Shown in pieces: positions 25,239 to 38,420 of a DNA stretch of 64,000 nucleotides. Source of the stretch: Podarcis muralis (taxonomy: Eukaryota). The stretch covers positions 80,538,001-80,602,000 of the forward strand of contig NC_135655.1 in assembly GCF_964188315.1 (NCBI RefSeq), in the 5' to 3' direction. Under the pieces are notes generated by a model. That model worked only from the letters and a program-made list of their open reading frames with translations, was not told the DNA's origin and searched no databases. A program made the position numbers and the translations under genes. The stretch's first letter is position 1, and each line of letters opens with the position of its first letter.

Positions 25239-27066
25239 CATCTGCCGATAGAGTTGTTGTTGTGCAGATCTGGATCCAACTACCAGGGCAGCGACAGCTA
25301 TGCACAGTTCAAGAACCGAAAAGATGATAAACACCGCGTTCAGACCATATATCAGCGTCTGTGGGGAAAGGCAAGAAACAGTTGCACGGGTTGCTATTTA
25401 TACAGCTCCAGAACTGAAAGCACAATCAAAACCCAATTGCTTGGAAGTGCAAGAGTTAACATTCCAAAGCAGCTAAGTCCTGTGAGGTCTCTTTCAGTAA
25501 CACCGATTTGAAAGATCTGAAGAAGATACTGTACACAAAATCCTCCAGGGACAGTGAGGTGAACAAATCAAAAGAGGGTCTCCATGCTGAAGCCTAACGG
25601 TTGAAAGGTTGACTTAGGCTGTGTACACATGACTAGTTTAAGACACAGCCAGGTTGTCCTTTTAATCAACTGAAGCTGGTTTGAGGTGAAAAGTGCATAC
25701 AAAGTGCATCATAAGAAAGGACAGGATAGATAATGGATTGCGTCTAGTGTCGTGTGCACACTGTTTTCCATTACTTTCCATTAAATGTTTGTTCTAGACC
25801 TTGTTGGAAGGGATAGTTTAGGAATATCCCTAAATAACCTTAACTTCATTCCTGAGAATTAGGAAGATTGCAAAGGAGCTCCCCCCCACCCATCTTCTAC
25901 CCTTACTCCAGAAAAAACAGATACTTGGGGTCCAATCACATAAGCAGGATTTAATAACTGGACCCTTGGCAGGAAAACATGGGAGGAATAAACCTTCAAA
26001 TCCAAAGAACCATGTACATTATGTCTTTTTTTATAGCAAGAGACCTGTACACACATATAATTAAGGAACTATAACCGCCAGGCATCAATCAATTATTTCC
26101 CTCAACTACATTTTATGTAGGCTAGTGCATTTTCCCTTTGAGAATGTTTCCTATTTCTGTGCCTACTGGAACGGTAACTCGCTTTTATTTATTTTCAGTA
26201 CTGATACTCCATGCTTTTGATCCGCCAGGACCCAAAGAGATGTAGTATGTTAAGACAATGCAAAATAACTTTTAATCTCTATATTTGCATCAAGAAAATG
26301 GCACAACTACATCAAAACCAAAGCATATCCAGTTAACACCATTCTAGCCTGACAGCTCATTCAAAACATCAGATTTTGATCTCCAGTTGAAAGACAGGCA
26401 CAGTTCAGGCCAAGGCAGCCCCCTTTTGAAAGGTCACCCCAAAGCAGCAATGCTATAACTGAAAAGGCTCTGAAAGTCAGGAAGGACATGAACCTCAGGG
26501 GCAGACTTGAGTGTACATGGGCAGGCAGCTGTGGGATGAAGTAATCCTTCAGGCATCCTGGACCCAGGTTAGCACCACCTTGACTTGGTAACAATGCAGC
26601 TGGAATGATACACTTGATACAACAAGTCCCAATTAGAAGTGTGGCTGCATCATTTTTCACCAAGTGACATTTCTTCAAGGCCAACCCATACTAAGTAGCT
26701 CAATAAAACACCACCACTATTCTTTCCAAGCTTGCCACTAACCTCGGCCCAGTATACCTGAAGGAGCATCTCCACCCTCATTGTTCAGCCTGGACACTGA
26801 AGTCCAGCGCCGAGGGCCTTCTGGCAGTTCCCTCACTGTGAGAAGTGAGGTTACAAGGAACCAGGCAGAGGGCCTTCTCAGAAGTGACGTCCGCCCTGGG
26901 TAACACCCTCCCACCAGATGTCAAGGAAATAAACAACTATCTGACTTTTAGAAGACATCTGAAGGCAGCCCTGTTTAGGAAAGTTTTTAATGTTTGATGT
27001 TTCATTCTGTTTTTAATCTGTTGAGAGCCACCCAGAGTGGCTGGGGAAACCCAGTCAGATGGGTGG

Positions 27067-27117
<51 letters not shown>

Positions 27118-30105
27118 TTCATTGCCTCATTTGGACAATTCTTTAATTTTGTTTGTTTGAAGTTGAAAAGGTGATTGAGCCAGCTGTTCTTTGCAGCTAA
27201 TCCACAGATAGGTGCAATATGTCTCCATACTGTGCTAAAATATCATACCAAAAAATAAATTTTATACAAAATGAATTTTGATCCGCTGGGAGACACTATG
27301 TCTTTATGCTCCTTGTTGGTCACTGACAAAGTCTTGTGAGGGTTAGTAGAGCCTCTCACTTGTGAATTAGCTATTTTTGGCTTCCTATAAGCCAATGGTA
27401 AGGCAGAATTTTTGACCAAACTGTGGGAGGGAGTGGAAGACAGGAGTGCCTGGCGTGCTCTGGTCCATGGGGTCACGAAGAGTCGGACATGACTAAACAA
27501 CTAAACAACAACACAAAGGCAGAATTGGTTCATTTAGGCACAAAACAGTTCTGAAGAGTCTCTAGATGCCTGAAGCCTTTGCTGAATCAGATCACTTTTA
27601 GCAAATTATGGACTGCTACTACATGCACATGAAGAGATGGGGAAAAACTTACCTGAATAGAACTGAAGCAATAACCATAATGCATATCAGAATCATCACA
27701 CAAATCTCCTTGTTGATGGGTTTGTGCAATCTCAGTACTATGGAGGATGACAGCAACCAATGCAGCGACACAAACTAGCAAGTTGGCAGCGGAACTAGCT
27801 TTCACCTATATCAGTACATTGAAATAAAATAAATCAAGAGTTGCTCTATTACATCACTTCCATGTCTCTGAAAAGTAATCACCTATAGTTGGTCTCATAA
27901 TTTACAGCCTTGATTTCTTTGGAGCCCTACATATGCATTCCTGAGCGATCCCTGTGCTCTAGAAGTTTGCTTTCCTGATTGCCAAGATTCACAAGTTTGT
28001 TTTTTTTAAGGCCACAGATGGAGAAGCTGTGGCCCTCCAGATGTTGTTATTCCCATCAGCCCCAGCCCAAATGGCCAATGGTCAGGGATGTTGGGACTTG
28101 TAGTCCAAGAACATTTAGAGGGCTACATTTTCCTCACCCCTGTGCTAGGCAGATTGCCTGTGATACATTGCAGTGAATGTCCCAAATTTGGACTTTCTCA
28201 CAACAACGTAGACATTATGATTGTATTAGAGAATTGTTAAACTGACTCGCATATCCTACGAAAATAACCTGACCACCTCTTAGCAACTTCACCTTGCCTC
28301 CATTACAACAATTATATTTATTCGAACTTTGTCTTAAGGCCTTGGCCAGAACAAACCAAGGATCTGTTTGCCCAGCAAACAACCCTGAAGACGTATTGGC
28401 AACAGCTTTAGACACACCTTTATCATGTCAATTTTTCGAAAAAGATACTTGGGAGAATATTTACCAGCCATTGAAGATCTCTTTTCTCCATTTCTACCAA
28501 CAATGACCCAGAGATCAGGAGCTACAAAGGGAAGGAAAAACTCATCAGGCTGAGTCTCATTCCATACAGAAAATAGAACACAGAGACTCTCAAGTCAGGT
28601 TGCATTGGTCAGAAAGGCCAAAACCTTCTCTAACCCCACCACCTCCTAAGCTCACACCAACCAGAGGCTTTTTTACATTACCAACTGAGGTTAGTAACAT
28701 GTGAACCAACTCAAAAGCTACCTCTGTAAAGAGTCCTAAGCTTGAGTACTAAACAAACATTGTCATTTGTGAAGAAGATGCAAGTACCTATTAGACAGAA
28801 TGGCATCTCCCCAAATAGATTTGCAGCAGAACAAACACTTGGGCAGACCACAGGCAGGAATGTTGAGTTTTCTTCTTTGGCGATCACTCGTGGCTGAGTA
28901 AGATTGCTTTCCATGAAAACGATCTTAACGGTGAGCCCGTGTGGAGGCCAGTTCTGGATCCACATGTCCTTCCACCGTGGGGACATAGGTTTCTGGGTGG
29001 GATTTGATCACAGTGAGGGTTTGCCAAACATGCCTTCCTCTTAGCCCTTTTCATGCGTCTTCAAAGTCCACGACACCTTTGGTAAAGGCTGTTCTCCAAT
29101 TGGAGTGCTTGCAGGCCTGTGTTTCCCAGTTATCAGTGCTTATACTACATTTTTAAAGATTTGCCTTGAGAGCGTCTTTAAACCTCTTTTGTTGTCCACC
29201 AGTATTTCACTTTCCATTCTTAAGTTGGGAATACTTAGAGTAGTTGCTTTGGAAGACGATAAGGCCACAGGCAGGGGTGATGAGTACCTCATGTCTTGGT
29301 GCACCTCAAGGACCAACAATTTTTTATGGCAGACGCTTTTGTGGATTGTAACCCACAAAAGCTTCTGCCATAATATTTCTGTTAGCCTTTTAAGGTGCTG
29401 CACGATTCATTGTTGTTTTTGCTACAACACACCAACATGGATACCCCAAAGGGAAATGGCTACCTTGGTTTAGGATTCAGCCTCTTTGTGGCTCTAGGCC
29501 TCTGTGTCTAAAATTAGAGAGGCCTCCCCAGAAGCTTTGGTAGGTGAAAGAGCCTCCAAGCCTCTCAGCCAAAGTCTGCTTACCAAGATCCCGAACCAGA
29601 AGTAGAGCCCACTCTTCACAGTCAGGGTCTTTGAATCTTCTTGTGCGACTGTCAGGGCAACTCCAAAACATATCTCTATAGCCCCCACGACGATCTGCAC
29701 AGTCTGGAGGGGAAGAACAATGGTATTGTGGATCAGTAATCGTGGACAAGTGCTATAACCCTTGCCAGCTTCACCACCACTCTCCTTCTCCACATGTTAG
29801 AGTTGCCTACAAATTGTTCTGTTTCTAATCACCTCCCTCATCACTATCAGGAACATAGAAAGCTACCTTATAGAGACAGAACATTGGGTCCCTCCAGGAT
29901 TTGGGCCTAGTTTGACAAGCCTATAGGGCCTTACCCCAAGGGCCTTGGGAAGCATATTCTTGGTGTTTTTGCTATAGGTTGATGCACCGTGTGATACAGT
30001 GACAGTAGTTCCTGACGTATTTGCTGTGCCTGCTTCCTGCTGGCCTGGCTGAACGACTTTTGAGATGATCCTCACGTTTCCGCATTCTGTTACAGTGGTG
30101 GACAT
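25239..30105 (-). CDS. MS4A (CD20-like, four-transmembrane) family protein, gene 1; last exon uncertain
   Basis: Phase-0 exons: 30105-29935 (MSTTVTECGNVRII...PKALG), 29703-29584 (TVQIVVGAIEICFG...GLYFWFGIL), 28521-28465 (LLISGSLLVEMEK, 57 nt), 27805-27653 (VKASSAANLL...C-x9-C loop) and 25358-25239 (FSVLELCIAVAAL). A possible last exon is 24721-24680 (ILHLFQDGLQESC*), low confidence. Confidence 0.88.
26690..27065 (+). mobile_element. L2-type LINE 3' fragment
   Basis: ctcggcccagtatacctgaaggagcatctccacc...agggccttctc...gaaggcagccctgttt, followed by an (AAT)n tail. Same family as 63770-64000. Confidence 0.7.
27070..27117 (+). repeat. (AAT)n microsatellite
   Basis: About 16 perfect units, directly visible. 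Confidence 0.95.
27411..27515 (+). mobile_element. Minimal BovB 3' tail insertion in an MS4A intron
   Basis: tttgaccaaactg...ggtccatggggtcacgaagagtcggacatgactaaacaac(aac)n, flanked by TSD aaggcagaatt (27400-27410, 27516-27526). Confidence 0.9.
28830..29460 (-). mobile_element. RTE-clade LINE 3' fragment (non-BovB)
   Basis: Minus frame YSQLKNGK*NTGGQQKRFKDALKANLKKCSI...NWRTAFTKG. Same family as 44290-44750. Confidence 0.8.
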
Positions 30106-32699
30106 TTCTGGACAAAAGAGAGGATAATGGACTTAGTAAGCAGGGGATGAGCAGAACAAGGCAGAACCAGAGGCTGCTCATGACATGCACATGTATGCTC
30201 TCTACAGAACGGCGCAATGCCCCTTCTCTGCTGGCACCACCAGTCTGCAGTGGGAGCTATGTTCCATACATATTAGGCAACTCATCCTCCAAGTTCCTAT
30301 ACTTATGTGGCCTAGATGGTACCATTCACACAAAAGCGGGAGGCTTAAGGGAACCTCGAGGTTTGCAGAAGCACAACTCTAGTAAGGACCCCTTGCTCCC
30401 CCATGCCCCCAAAATGACCAGCCAAAGGAGGACTAAGCAGACACAGTGGACACAGAATGTTACCTGGCTGTCGGCGGGTGAGACAGAATGCAGCATCTTG
30501 AAAAAGGGTGCGGCTGGCACCTTGACTAGGAGCGCTCTGCACTGCAACATTTTGTCGCAGGATGCACTGGTAGCACTCACGAGTGGATGGCGTCTCTTTA
30601 CCTAAAAGGAGGTGTTATCTTCCTGGTTCTGTTCAGTTACACCTGCAAACTCTCAAACCGATTAAGGCTGCTGGTTGGCGGCCCTGAGCTATATGGCTCC
30701 ACTGCGGTCACTCTGGAGAGCATCATTTAATATACAAGAATTGTGACGAGTTTCTTATGTCGTCTCCTCTCCAAAATACGCTAAAAACCTAAGAGGCCTC
30801 CATTCTCACCTGTAGCAGCAAGAGCAGTTCCCTCTTTGGGGCCTGCTCAGCATTTTAACAGAGGCTGAATAGACTCCAGTTTTACTCTCACTTGCCAGCT
30901 TCGGACACTGTTGTCCATGAAAGGACATCCTTCAAAGGAAGACCTCCTGCCAGTATACTTGGAAGCCCCTTCTCTGGCGAAATATGGGCCGCAAGGGATG
31001 ACTGGTGCTCTCTCACCCTGCTAACCCCAAGAACATTCTCTGGTTTCACCGAAAACCATGATGGGCTCGTCACTGTGGTCAAAAACTATCATGATAACTA
31101 ATTCCTCCCTATTGCCTCATATTCTACATGCGATTGCTCAATTTGTTCTAATGTTGCAGTCCTAGCAGGAACACCCTTGGTTCCAGAGGGGATGGTAACA
31201 TATTGTAAAAAAACAACAAGTTAGGAAAGAGCAAAAGAGCAGCATCATCACAACAAGGGCCTAGCTCTAGCCGACAGAGGAGCAATTCACACACGTTAGC
31301 AATTGCATGAGTGGCATTAAAGAAATAATGCTGATTTAGCAAGCAGACCCCTGTGACATCTTAAGGGGACCAATTTATATATTTCTTCCTGCCATTGTTG
31401 CTGCCACAAAAGCCTTCTTCGTAAGGGCAATTTCCACAGTAATGCGCATGCATGAAACATTTGTGCACCAGCTGCCTTTAGTGATATGTATGCAACACCA
31501 ATATTGCAGCTATGGTATCAAAAAGCAGCTGAGAAATGTGGTGAGAAGAACAGGGTCACACTCCCTGCCTCTCTCCCCGAGGTCATCCATCAGGGCAACC
31601 AAGCAAGAGTGGCCAGGGTGGGGGTGGGGGTCAGAAGCGCACACCCGGCTTCTTGTTGGATATTCCGACTGAATATAGCCTGGATATTCAACTTTCACTT
31701 GTTTTAAAAAGTCTGTTACCCTTTCACTTATGGTGATGAAAGCAAAATGTGCAGGTCTACAGAGAACTTTAAGACTGTGTGCACACTGCACCCAGTATAT
31801 ACCACCCCTGCTGATTTGGGAAGTGACAGGCACACAACATTAACCAAAGTCCACACCTATCTTGCCCTTTCTAAAATGAAATATTTACATTTTGATGCAT
31901 TTCCCCTCAAAGCTGCACAGATCAGAATTGGGCGGGGTGGGGTGGGGTGGGGGAAACTAAAGAAGGATTTACGTGTGTTTTAAGCTGGTAATGCTTACAC
32001 AGCCTAAATGCGCAAAGCTAAAATTCTGGTACAAAATGCTGACACTCTTGAGTCGCTCTTCTACTCTCTCTTTCTTCCTTTGTGTTTTAAACAACATTTT
32101 AAAAAGGCATTGATCTCTCTGGCGCAGATCTCCTCAGACTGGGGTGCAACCCAGAAATGGGTTATGACAACAACCCACCTGTCCAAGACCCCTGCTCCAA
32201 ATTATATATGAGGTGACTAAGACATGGCATAAAAGGAGGGCGATTTGACAAGGGGACTCTTACGAAACTGGACAAAAGCAAGCAGAGAATCAGCACAGAA
32301 GCAAATACCCTTCTGCATTCTACATAAGACAAACAAGTCAGTCTCCAAGCAAAAGAACGCACAATTCTGACATCAGTAACGGCAATATCTAAAAACTGGG
32401 GCTGGGCATTTCAACCACTTTGTAACTGATTTTAAAGTGTCCATCCTTGAACAAAGGAATTGCAGAGGGAGGCAACAGGTCATTAAGAGGTTTAATGCTG
32501 TTTAATACCCCCCCCCCCCCATTAAAACAACGGCCTGTGATTCATTAGTTTGTCCATGTCGAGATAATGCATTACCATCAACAACTGTTTTGTGAATGGC
32601 CACGGTTAACTACGTACTTATCCCTGCTTGGACTGCCAGTCTTGCATTTCTCTGTGACTTCACTGTTATGCTCTTCCCCCATGTACTACGGAGAACACT

Positions 32700-32795
32700 T
32701 CACGAATCCGATGAATGGGCTCTAGCCCACGAAAGCTTCTGCCAGAATACATTTGTTACTAGTCTTTAAGCTGCCGCAACACCCTTGGCTGCTTC
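32700..32795 (+). mobile_element. Penelope-like element terminal fragment
   Basis: gatgaa...ctctagcccacgaaagcttctgcc...gttactagtctttaag(g)tgcc resembles reptile Penelope pseudo-LTR ends. A related piece lies at about 16275-16360. Confidence 0.5.
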
Positions 32796-33839
32796 GGAAG
32801 CAAATGTGGAGCAGTCTATTTTTTTTTTTAAAGGCAACGATGATCAAAGACGGGAATTGATTTTCTCACGAGCTGTCAAATTCTCCTGTGGGTTTTCTTC
32901 TTTTTAGGGCGGGGGACGTTTCCTCAACTGTATCTGATGCACACACTTCCCTCCTGCCTTGGGGTTTCCACTAAGCTGCAGATTTACCCCCCCCCCCACC
33001 TGCCACTCTTTTCCTCCCCCAACCCCCCAAAAAGCACGCTAGTGTTGGAGCAGGGCATGCAAACAGGAGGACAAGCTCACCTGCGATGAAGCCGTGCTCG
33101 CCTGCAAAATGCGGGGTTTGCAAAGGTTGGTCTCGCCCTTTTGGAAGGCGCCAGGATCCGTGTCTGGATAATGTTTACCGCCTCTGCTTCTCTCTTGGTG
33201 TCTCCCGTGCAAATGGTCGCGAGGGATCCTCCTAGAGCTTAGCTTTCGCCTGCCTTTCCCTCCCTGGAAACGAATGGCCAGGATCCAGCAGGGGGCAGAA
33301 TGGAGCTGATAGTTGGCGTTCGTGAACTGCTTTTCTGCTCCCGGAGTTCTTCTTGTGCAGTAAACACATTCTTGCCTACTCGCCAGAACCGTTACAATTA
33401 TAGCTTTGTCAAAATCGGGGGCTTGGAGAGGGATAGAGTGAGGAAAAAGAGAGGGACGCAACCTTACCGGTAGGCAACATTATTAGCATCGATAATGGTG
33501 CGCAAACGTTGTTTTTAGGGCGTTCAAAATGCTTTTCGTGCATTATTAAAGTCATTGTTGCAGCAGCAGCCCTGCAAGGTCGGGTAAGTATTATCCTCAA
33601 GTTGCAGATGAGCTGCGTGGTTGCTGAGGCTGAGAGGGGCTTCCCTAAGGAGTTCCTAAATAGGCTGGAAAGTTGAACTAGAGGCATTTGGTTCACTCAC
33701 TCTGAGCTGTTATTCAAGAACAAATTTGTTTACAAAAAGTGATCTAATTCGTAAGGCTGCAGCCCTGGCAATTGTTAGGATGTGGCCTAGAGTCTTTAGA
33801 ACAGGGTTCTGGATTTCTTGTCTAATCCCTCCCTTTAAA

Positions 33840-33840
<1 letters not shown>

Positions 33841-33892
<52 letters not shown>
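33841..33892 (+). repeat. (TTTC)n microsatellite
   Basis: Directly visible. Confidence 0.95.
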
Positions 33893-34419
33893 TCACTTTG
33901 CTTAAAGGGTGGCTGGGCACACTGTGTACACAATGTATATTTAAAGCACCTGATCCCCATGCAAAGTATCCTGGGAATGGTGGTTTACCTCTCACAGTTA
34001 CAACTCCTAGTTCAACTACAGTTCCCCAAATTATTTTGGGGGAAGTCATGTGCTTTCAATGTATCGTGTGCATGCAGCCACAGAGCCCATGAGACTTCAG
34101 GCACCTGTCATCCTAATATACTCAGAGGCAACTTTACGTCATAGGCGTGTGCCCCAAGCTCCCAGAGTGGTTTTACAGTCAATCCCTGTTCACCAGGAAC
34201 TCTTGGAATTGTGGTTCTCTGAGGGGAATAGGAGTGGTATCGTGGTGCTTTAAATGTATGGTGCGATGAAGAACTTGAGGGGATTGCCTCATGTAATAAT
34301 TGCTCAAACCATGGAAAAAGGAAAGAGATTTCCTAGATATTCAGAGGAAGGCAAAAATGAAGAGTGGGGAGAGAGAAAGCACAGCAAAAATGGCGAATGA
34401 TTCAATGCTACTTTTTTCA

Positions 34420-35045
34420 TTAAAGTTTTTATTTGCAATTTCAACATAACAAAATGTCAAAAACATATCATATTCATTATTTCCCCCCTCCCCAATATAC
34501 CCTCCCTCCCCCCGAGACTTCCCTCAGCTCTTCTCTCTGATTTCTCATCAAGTTATTCTCTGCATATTATTGAATTGTATAGATCTTTATATTATCTATC
34601 TACCATATTATCGATCAATAAATTTGTGTATGTTTATTCAAAGCCTGCCAAGAAGTGCAGTTCATTTTGTTGTCTTTTTAAGTAATTTGTAAAAAGTTCC
34701 CATTCTTCTTTAAAGTCATAGTTGTCCTTATCTCGCAGTTTGTATATCAGTTTAGCCAATTCTGCATAGCTCATCTGTTTCTCTTGCCATTGTTCCTTTG
34801 TCGGGATTTCTTCATTCTTCCATCCTTGTGCTATCAAGACTCTTGCCGCTGTTGTAGCATACATGAATAAATTCTTTGTTTTCCTTGGCAGGTCTTGTCC
34901 TACAATCTCTAACAGAAATGCTCCTGGTTTTTTTACAAATGTCATTTTAAACATTTTCTTCAATTCATTATATATCATTTCCCAATTTTTAATCTCTCTA
35001 CATTCCCACCACATATGATAAAAGGTCACTTCCTTTTCTTGATTC
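34420..35045 (-). mobile_element. L1 LINE 3' fragment
   Basis: ORF 34634..35047 reads TFYHMWWEC...YNELKKMFK...YATTAARVLIAQGWKNEEIPTKEQW. Confidence 0.85.
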
Positions 35046-35127
35046 AATGCTACTTAAGGGCTCAAGTGGAGGATAGGACAGCCACTTAAAGATCACCAAA
35101 GAAGAGGACAAAATAAGACACATGTTT

Positions 35128-35270
35128 ACAGCTTAGGGGGCAGAGCATGAGACTCTTAATTTCAGGGTTGTGGGTTCAAACCCCACGTTTGGCAAAAGAT
35201 TCCTGCATTGCAGGGGGTTGGGCTAAATGACCCTCGTGAGCATCTTCCAAGGGACAATTCTATGATTCTA
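35128..35270 (+). mobile_element. tRNA-Lys-derived SINE with CR1-like tail
   Basis: The head agagcatgagactcttaat...ggttcaaaccccacgtt resembles tRNA-Lys(CTT) and runs into cctgcattgcagggg...ttctatgattcta. It is not a functional tRNA. Confidence 0.75.
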
Positions 35271-37149
35271 CGATATGTGCACATGCTCATTTTTTATGAA
35301 CAGTTGGAGTCAATATTGCCTCTCTTCATATAAAGAAACTTCTGATCAGTTATTGTGATGACTGAATCCATTATGTTCCATGTTCCATGTTTCTGGTACA
35401 CAAGAATATAGTATGTAAATTTATTGTTTAATGTTTATGTTATGTTACTTAGTTTTATATAAAATTACATTACATTATGTTCGTTTATATAATCCAGGGT
35501 ATGCACAGCTGCCGAAGCCCGGTTGGGCGAAACAAGGAATTATCCTGGAATCCTTGTCTTATTTTCTGCATGTGCCATACTTTCAAGTTTTTCATCTGAT
35601 ACCTACTTACAAGGAATGCTAGAATTCTCAAAAGCATCGACACGTGGAACACTACAAGATTGAAATAAGCATTCCACATCGTGGTTATTGCTAATATAAG
35701 AACTGAATAGACTGTATCTCCTGATCAATCCACTGGACTTTAATCTCTCAGAATATGTTCCACTCATATGATAATTTGGTCTATGGAATTACATATTGTG
35801 GCATGATATGTTGAATTGTTTTTTGAAATAGAAGTTATACTGTTACATACAGCCTGTTACGTCATGTGTGTCATTACCAGAGGCAAAATCTAGCAATAAT
35901 TATTAAAGTTTAAAAAGAAATATAATTCATCTGTTTAATGGAAGCACATCCTAACTACACTTATTAGGGTGTAAGCCCTAAAGGAGAAAGTAAGGACTTA
36001 CTTGGGAGTAAAACATGCCTAGGCTTATTCTCTCACATGCTTGCATAGGTGTGCAGGCACCTGCACGCAGCCACATCATTATGGCAGATAGCGCAACAAA
36101 AGAGGAGAGTTGGAAAGGAATAGTCATTAAGAGGGAAGTCAGGGTTAAATTCAGCGATTTCGTAAGAAATGTACAAAAAGGAGTTGGAAGGGAGAGAGAC
36201 GGGAAGTGAAACAATAAGCAAGTTTCTGATCCTCATTCTGAAAAAGACCCAAGCCGTTGAACTTGCTAAATGTGTTTCCCAGAATCCTTTGCAATGTTCT
36301 TTAAATCCGCTGTTGCTGTGTTCCTCTTGTGGCTGCTAATTCTGATGGATTGTCCTTGATTTGTGGCCTTCTTTCTGCTACAACCTTTCCCCCAATATCC
36401 ATTATGCACTGGGATACAGGTGTCAGGACATGGACATAGCCAGGGAAGGCCCCCTAAATCAAGTAAATAAATAAAAATACTTAAATGGCCAATTGCCCCC
36501 CCCCCCAAATATATCCATGTGTCAGGAAAAGGAAAAAGGAGGACTGTCTTGCCAAGCAGCAGTTCTCTCTGCTGATTTACTGAGTACACATTGCAGACTT
36601 GATTCTTGCAAAACTGTCCCATGCGGAAGTGAAGGGTTTCAAATCACTTGCTTTCCTTTGCACTTCTTTTCTTAGAAATCATTAGCTGTAATTCAGATGG
36701 TGAAACTTACAGAAGAAACCACAAGAAAGGAGAAGATGGTTACTTCTTCCCAGTATTTAGTGACAGGGGGAAAAGTTTGTTACTGAACAAACTATGAAAT
36801 TTGTTCAGGTTCATGTTGAGTGCTTCTTCAGATGACCTGTTTGTTGAGCATTTGTACTGATTTCTTTTTCTTTATTTTATTTAACAAGATTGTTGATCGT
36901 CAAAATAAACAAGAAAATCTATGCTGTAGAAAACACCCCTCTAAGCAGTTTGCTTGCATAAATGTAAGGCAGAGGCTAAAACAGATACATAAATATATTA
37001 GGCACCAGGTGAAAACATTTCTCTTTACCCAAGCCTTTAGCCATTACATTATCTATGTCCTATTAAATGCGGGGGGGGGGGGCTGTTATCATTATGCTTT
37101 GTATTATTATGCTGAGAAAGTTATATTCTTTTTTAAAAAAAAAAATTTA

Positions 37150-38420
37150 TTGAGTTTTACATTGCAAATTTAAATTCAAACAATAAACACCACCATCATG
37201 TAGGATTCCCTGAATCCCTTGACTCCCCTCCACCCGTTCATGGTTTCCATTTTCAAACTTTTCCCACTGCTTCACTAACTTTCTCTATTTTTCTTATTTA
37301 AAACATTTTTACCTTAGTTTTTAGTACATTACAAACGTTACTCGAATCCTACCGAAGGTTTTAGTTGTTTACAGTGTTCTCTTAAGTACAATATAAAATT
37401 TTCCCATTCCTTTTTAAAGTTCTTCTCTTCCTGGTTTCTGATTTTCCCGTTCAATTTCACCATTTGGGCGTAGTCCATCATTTTCACCAGCCATTCATCT
37501 CTGGTCGGGACTTTATCTTCTTTCCATTTCAGGGCCAGTAGTATCCTACTACTGCGCTGCTGTTGTTGCATATATAAATAATCGTCTCTGCTCCTTTGGT
37601 ATCTCCGCACCTAAAATTCCTAGTAAAAAATCCTCTGGTTTTTCCACAAATGTTGTTTTAAACATTTCCCCCCAACTCATTATATATCATTTCCCAGAAT
37701 GCTTTTGTTACATTGCATGTCCACCACATGTGGTAGAATGTGCCTTCCTTCTCCTTACATTTCCAACATACATTTGAAGCAGTTCTATACATCTTAGCTA
37801 ATTTTGTAGGTGTTAAATACCACCGATATATCATTTTCATATAGTTCTCCTTCAACGCACAGCTTGCTGTAAATTTTAAGTCATCCCTCCATAACTTTTC
37901 CCAAGATGAAAATTGGATATTGTGCCCAATATCTTGTGCCCATTGTATCATTACTGATTTAACTTCGTCATCCTTAGTATGCCACCCTAGTAACAATTTA
38001 CATATTTTAGAAAGTAACTTCATATTATTTTCCAATAATTTTTTTTCAAACCTTGAAATTTCCTAACTAAATCCATTTTTCTTATCCATTTTAAACACAT
38101 CATTTAATTGGTGATATTGCAACCAGTCTGTTACTAAATGTCTTATGTCCTCAAAGCTTTTCAATTTCATTTGTTGTTCTACTTCCATGAGCAACTCTTT
38201 ATAGGTTGCCCATTCGCTTTTTGCCTTAGTCTTTTTCAAGAATATCGCGTCCAATGGGGAAAGCCACCACGGTGTCTTCTGCTCTAACAGGTTTATATAT
38301 TTTCCCCATACACCATAAATTGATAGTCTTACCAAGTGATTAAAAATCCCTTTATGCACTTTCGTCTTCTCATACCATAAATATACATGCCAAGTAAGTT
38401 ATATTCTTAATGTTGTACAC
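37150..38420 (-). mobile_element. L1 LINE 3' fragment (about 1.3 kb, broken ORF2)
   Basis: ORFs 38063..38359, 37658..38035 (KENYMKMIYRWYLTP...CWKCKEKEGTFYHMWWTC) and 37338..37610. Confidence 0.88.

Noticed and set aside
31733-31814. Possible C/D-box snoRNA (GTGATGA...CTGA)
   Set aside because: No terminal stem, no recognisable rRNA antisense element and no plus-strand host gene.
31930-31953. G-quadruplex-forming GGGT repeat
   Set aside because: The motif is real but common in vertebrate DNA, and nothing here indicates function.
35128-35200. tRNA-Lys(CTT)-like sequence (and a tRNA-like head at 63202)
   Set aside because: Degenerate stems and direct continuation into a CR1-like tail show these are SINE heads, not tRNA genes.
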